DNA of 64,000 nt from Octopus bimaculoides (taxonomy: Eukaryota), in contig NC_068989.1 in assembly GCF_001194135.2 (NCBI RefSeq), forward strand, positions 95,534,496 to 95,598,495, given 5' to 3'. Made by a program: the position numbers and the translations under genes. The notes under the pieces were generated by a model that worked only from the letters and a program-made list of their open reading frames with translations, had not been told where the DNA came from and did no database searches. Positions 59,701 to 64,000 of the stretch are shown one piece after another (position 1 is the first letter of the stretch; every line of letters starts with the position of its first letter).

Positions 59701-62289
59701 ATCCATGTATCTCCAAACAAGGTAGAAGTAGCTTATACTAAACATTGGCACTCCAAATCTGATACGTTCATAAATGTGGTGACCAGTAACCCTGATGAGC
59801 TAGAAAAATCCATCAGTAATTCAACAACCAATTCAGTTTGCAGAAAATCTGATGTTATATGACACTGGCTCAACATCAAGTCACCAATGATGATTTGAGC
59901 ATTTAGCGAATAAAATGATGTGTTTAGTAAGACATTCTGAATATGTGACACATAATTATGAAATAAGTTTTCTTAAACCAACTGTGCAGCAATACAAATA
60001 TATGATGTATACTTTTATTAAGAAACTACTGAAAAATGAATGTAAAGAACAGCAATGCATAGAGGAAGATATTTACATTTTGGATATGGTATTTATGTGA
60101 AACTTTAGAATATTAGACCACACACGTTCCATGAAATAGAATTGGAATGCAAGCTCATCATTTCTCTCAGAAAAAATAGGCATTAAACTGACAAGGAGGA
60201 TAATTTAATTACAAGAAAACACAGCACAATTAAAAAGGAACAATGTAAATGAATGAAAAAAAAAAAGAAGTTAGAATGCAATAAAATGTTCAAGTTAATT
60301 TTAACATGCTACAGGAAATAATCAGCAAAAGTTATGGAATATTACTTTTTAAAGTTTTACTAATTAGTTCTTCATCATTTTTTCTGAATGTATTCTTGCT
60401 CATTTTTTAAAAACATTACAAAGATGTGTAATGGTTTTGTTTGATAATTAGGAATAAGAAAATTCAGCTCAATTTCCTTTCCTAATTCCTTCCCAATACA
60501 ACACAATTTGCACTTTGCTGAACCCTTTATTTGTTTCCCATACAAATAAAGTTCTATCTAATTCTTGAAGTTTATAATAGTCTGAAAAAGCAACCTGACC
60601 TATAACATTTACATTATAATAAAAAAAAAAAAAGAAGTGTAGGAGTGTGCATTTAAATCTGGAATAAAATATTTTTTTCTAAAATCACAAAGTAAATCTA
60701 AATGTCAAGCTAAAAGGATATATCTGATCATGTTTGCAAGCATAAAGACGAGATAGAAACTTTAAACAAATCATCAGCAATGACCTACTAACTTGATCTA
60801 TGACAAAGTGATGTACAAAGATAAAAAATAATACCCAAGAAGAAAAACAGATTGGATTAAATTATTCTGAAGAGAAGATGTATCATGAACTCTCCTTTGT
60901 TAGCAGAAAAGTAATGCTACTCTGCAAAGACTAAATATTTTATCTTTTACATCTATGAATAAACAGTATTCTTAATGTTGTAGAACAGAAACTCTGCTAT
61001 TAGAGACAGGATAATAGAAAGTGTAGTCCCCAGTTAATAAATGGGTTAAAAATGATTTTGAGGCAGTAATGCCTCCTTCATCACCCTTTGGTGCCTATTT
61101 TAGAAGGTTTTTTTTTTCTTTTTATCAAGTCACAATTGTTTTGTTTTTAAGGGGAATGTATATATATCGGTGCAGCAATTTGATGCACTACTTAATTACC
61201 TCTACTCTCCCAATAATACTAATTCATACAAAGAAACGTTTCTCGAAGAATGGATTTCATATCCCAAACGCATTACGAATACTATGCAGGGTAAAAAGAA
61301 AGAGACCAGATGTCATCCTTGAACATTGACATTTCTATATCAAATGAAATGCTCGTTATCTTTGAATTGATCATGCATTATCTTGCAGCTTCTAGACTTT
61401 GATGATATGATTGTTTATTCTTAGATTAACATTGCAGGGTAAACATGAGGAGGGTTGGATGAGGTCCGTTGGTGAACTGAAATACTATAGAGCTACTCCT
61501 GCTAACCTACAACTCCAAAGAAAGGAAAACAGGGAGTGGCAGATTACTAAAGGAACTGAATCCAAAGTAACAGATAATTTCACCCAGCATGAACTGATCA
61601 CATCACTCATCAAAATTATAATACTTGTTACAAATACAACCATAATATAAACTTTGATTTTGAGACAATCAGAAATGAAAGATGGGAAATTCAGATAATT
61701 TCCAAGAGTATTACTAACCTAAATTAACTGAAACAGTCGGAAGGACATTTTTTTCCATCTGTCTGCTTATAAATACATTCTTAAAAAAATGTAAATGTCA
61801 CAACTTTTCATTAAAATTATGGATGAAAGGAGCAACAATAAGAACAATATTATAATGATGATTGTTTTTAAAGCTGTGGTTATCAGAATCAGTGGCACAT
61901 ATCATAAAATGGCCAGAATGTTTTGCTACACCTCAGTATATTATGATATGGAAGCATGTCAAACCATCTACAAGCCTGTATAAAATAATTATGAGTAAGC
62001 ATGGCCGCAGCTCTCAGCCGAAACTATCAAAAAAAAAAAAAATTTTAATAAAATTAAAAAAAAAATATGATTCAAATAAAAATCCTTGCTAAAAATTTTG
62101 CAGCAATACTCAGAAATCATTATTATTAATTAGACAGAAAGTAACAGAAATGGTAGAAGTTTGTTCCTATACATTCTGAGTTCAAATCCCAGTGGAGACA
62201 ACTTAACCTTTCATCATTCATGGAGTCAATCACATTAGAACCGTCTAGTAAGTACTTAGATCAACATTGTTGAAAATATGCATTCTTTT

Positions 62290-63000
62290 ATCAACATTCA
62301 GGCCTGTGCTTATACTCTTTTTGTGTTAGCTTACTGCATTCACTCAAGAGATGATTAGTACGCTTTTGCCTCCTTTTCCACAAATTCAGCGTTTGTTGTA
62401 TGACTGGGTTTTATCGAACTTTGCTTTTCATCAAATTTGTCCTAATGGTTTCTTTCTGATTAATCATTTAGTTTCTGTGTTTCAGATTTCTATCTGCTAG
62501 TCATAACCAATGTGCTTTACTTCCAATATCTTTGATTTATTGTGTTAACTTGTCATGTAAATCCATTTCTTTTCATCTGCTTGTTCTATTGTTCTTCCTT
62601 TGGTTTATACATTTTCCGATTGTTTTTGGAACTTTTTGAGTTTTTCTAGCTGCAGACAGTATTCTTTCCTCACTATACAAAGCAGAGTTTTGGCAAACTT
62701 AATATTGCAGTACTGATGGGTGTCTTCTGCTTCCTTCCTTTCACAGAACCATAAAACATTGTTGACGTTACTTTTAAATTGGTGCCCGTTTGTGCATTGT
62801 GAGCAACCTCTTAGTCTCTTTTTTTTTGTTCAGTTTTGTCTTTGTCTGTTTCAGAAAAGGAGCAACAGTAGTATTGTCATCCCTGCTGCTGCCATTGTCA
62901 TCAACATTCATGATCAGGATAAAGTATATGAAATATTACCACCTTCAGAAACTGTTACTGTAAGGAATCCACAACACAAGTCTTAATTCTAAGCTTCACC
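62290..63000 (-). mobile_element. R4/Dong-like element, post-RT and CCHC zinc-knuckle fragment
   Basis: The minus strand gives RLLTMH, RKEGSR, SEERIL, KETIRTN and NHLLSECSKLTQKEYKHR, corresponding to R4/Dong RKLLTMH..RKEGGRG..EQALRTN..HIISECSKLAQKEYKRRH. Confidence 0.8.
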
Positions 63001-64000
63001 TTTCATTCCTTCTCCTGCAGCTAATACATAGCAACTAAGAGATGCTTATTATCATTATAATTATTAATAATATAAATCCTATTCTATTAAATCTTGCATC
63101 AAAACTATAATTATTAACCAATTATTTATGTTTCCATAATATTATACATGAGACTCAACTCCTTAGATAATGTGAATATTGATTCTCAGACATCTTGAAA
63201 AGTAATCTAGTCTAGAAATTAGTGATAATTAACCCTTAAGTTGACTGATGTAAAACATGTTCTAGTTTATGGTTTAAATATTTCATTTCGTAGCTTGTTT
63301 CACCATAACCACTCTTTTTCTATATTCAAGTAAAGTACCAGGGCAATGTTAGGTTAAATATTAATGTATTGATAATTTTTGCATAATTAATACAATTTCT
63401 GTTTGAATCACAACACAGATTGTCATGTTATATATAATCAAGATCTTTATACTAAAACTGCCTTTTCTAAATTAATTTTTTCATAATCAAAATTAGCCCT
63501 TTATTTTTCTCATTTAAAAAGTTTTATTTCATAAAGACAAGAAGAGGGAGGCTAACTTAAGTAAAACACACTTTAATTGGTGGAAACAGAAATAATTGTA
63601 TTCTTTTCATTTCAATAATTTCCCTTTTGTTCCTTTTATTTTATAGTTAATTGATGTAAGTTTTATGAAGTGAAATGGATAGATTTATAAATTTGAATAG
63701 TCTTCTATAAACAATGTTGAACATCAGTTCAGCAATAAATAATAGCTCAGGCTACCAGTGGTGCTTCAACCATGCATTTACTGTAGCCTAGGCAATCACG
63801 ATACCATTTAAACTAAACAAGCTTTCCAGTTTTCATCTTCTACATAAGATGCTTTAATCATACAACACTTTGTATTATGAGCTATACTTTATAGCTGAAG
63901 TAGCATTTGCAGAAAACGAACTGGGAGATTATTGCTTCATTTGAAAACAGGTGGGGTTTGACATTAGGAAGGATGTCTGACCTTGGAAAATTCTGCCCCA

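Noticed and set aside
59785-59815. CTGATGAG..GAAA hammerhead-like core
   Set aside because: No stem II can form between the motifs, and no flanking stems are visible.
62855-62959. + strand 105-nt exon-like unit with a very strong pyrimidine tract
   Set aside because: It lies within the antisense of an A-rich R4/Dong fragment, which explains the T-rich acceptor.

Overview
AT-rich, CpG-poor, intron-scale eukaryotic DNA from a gapped short-read assembly (five N-gaps, each abutting a microsatellite, minisatellite or repeat). The repeat families and microsatellite style look like an Octopus genome; this is inferred from recall, not from a search. None of the supplied ORFs is a real standalone gene. 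One protein-coding exon is recognisable: 40272-40371 on the minus strand, (G)LYLWEHILNGHLERKLGGMWSYGMKKINNIRF(K). It matches the WGKAAIGLYLWEHIFEG region I recall from ribitol-5-phosphate xylosyltransferase 1 (RXYLT1/TMEM5). I could not find the neighbouring RXYLT1 exons by eye, so the whole window is probably intronic (over 23 kb upstream, about 40 kb downstream). The rest is decayed mobile DNA: RTE-type LINE pieces, a (GAT)n-tailed 3'-end family, three tRNA-type SINE families, R4/Dong-like and other REL-endonuclease relics, a Penelope GIY-YIG fragment, a hAT MITE with a target-site duplication, a 5S rRNA-derived copy, and simple repeats. The most interesting signals are long inverted SINE pairs in the putative pre-mRNA (candidate ADAR or back-splicing substrates), a candidate poison exon, competing donors in the RXYLT1 exon, the 5S copy joined to a LINE end, and several foldback elements. 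I see no evidence for a wholly new multi-gene system.
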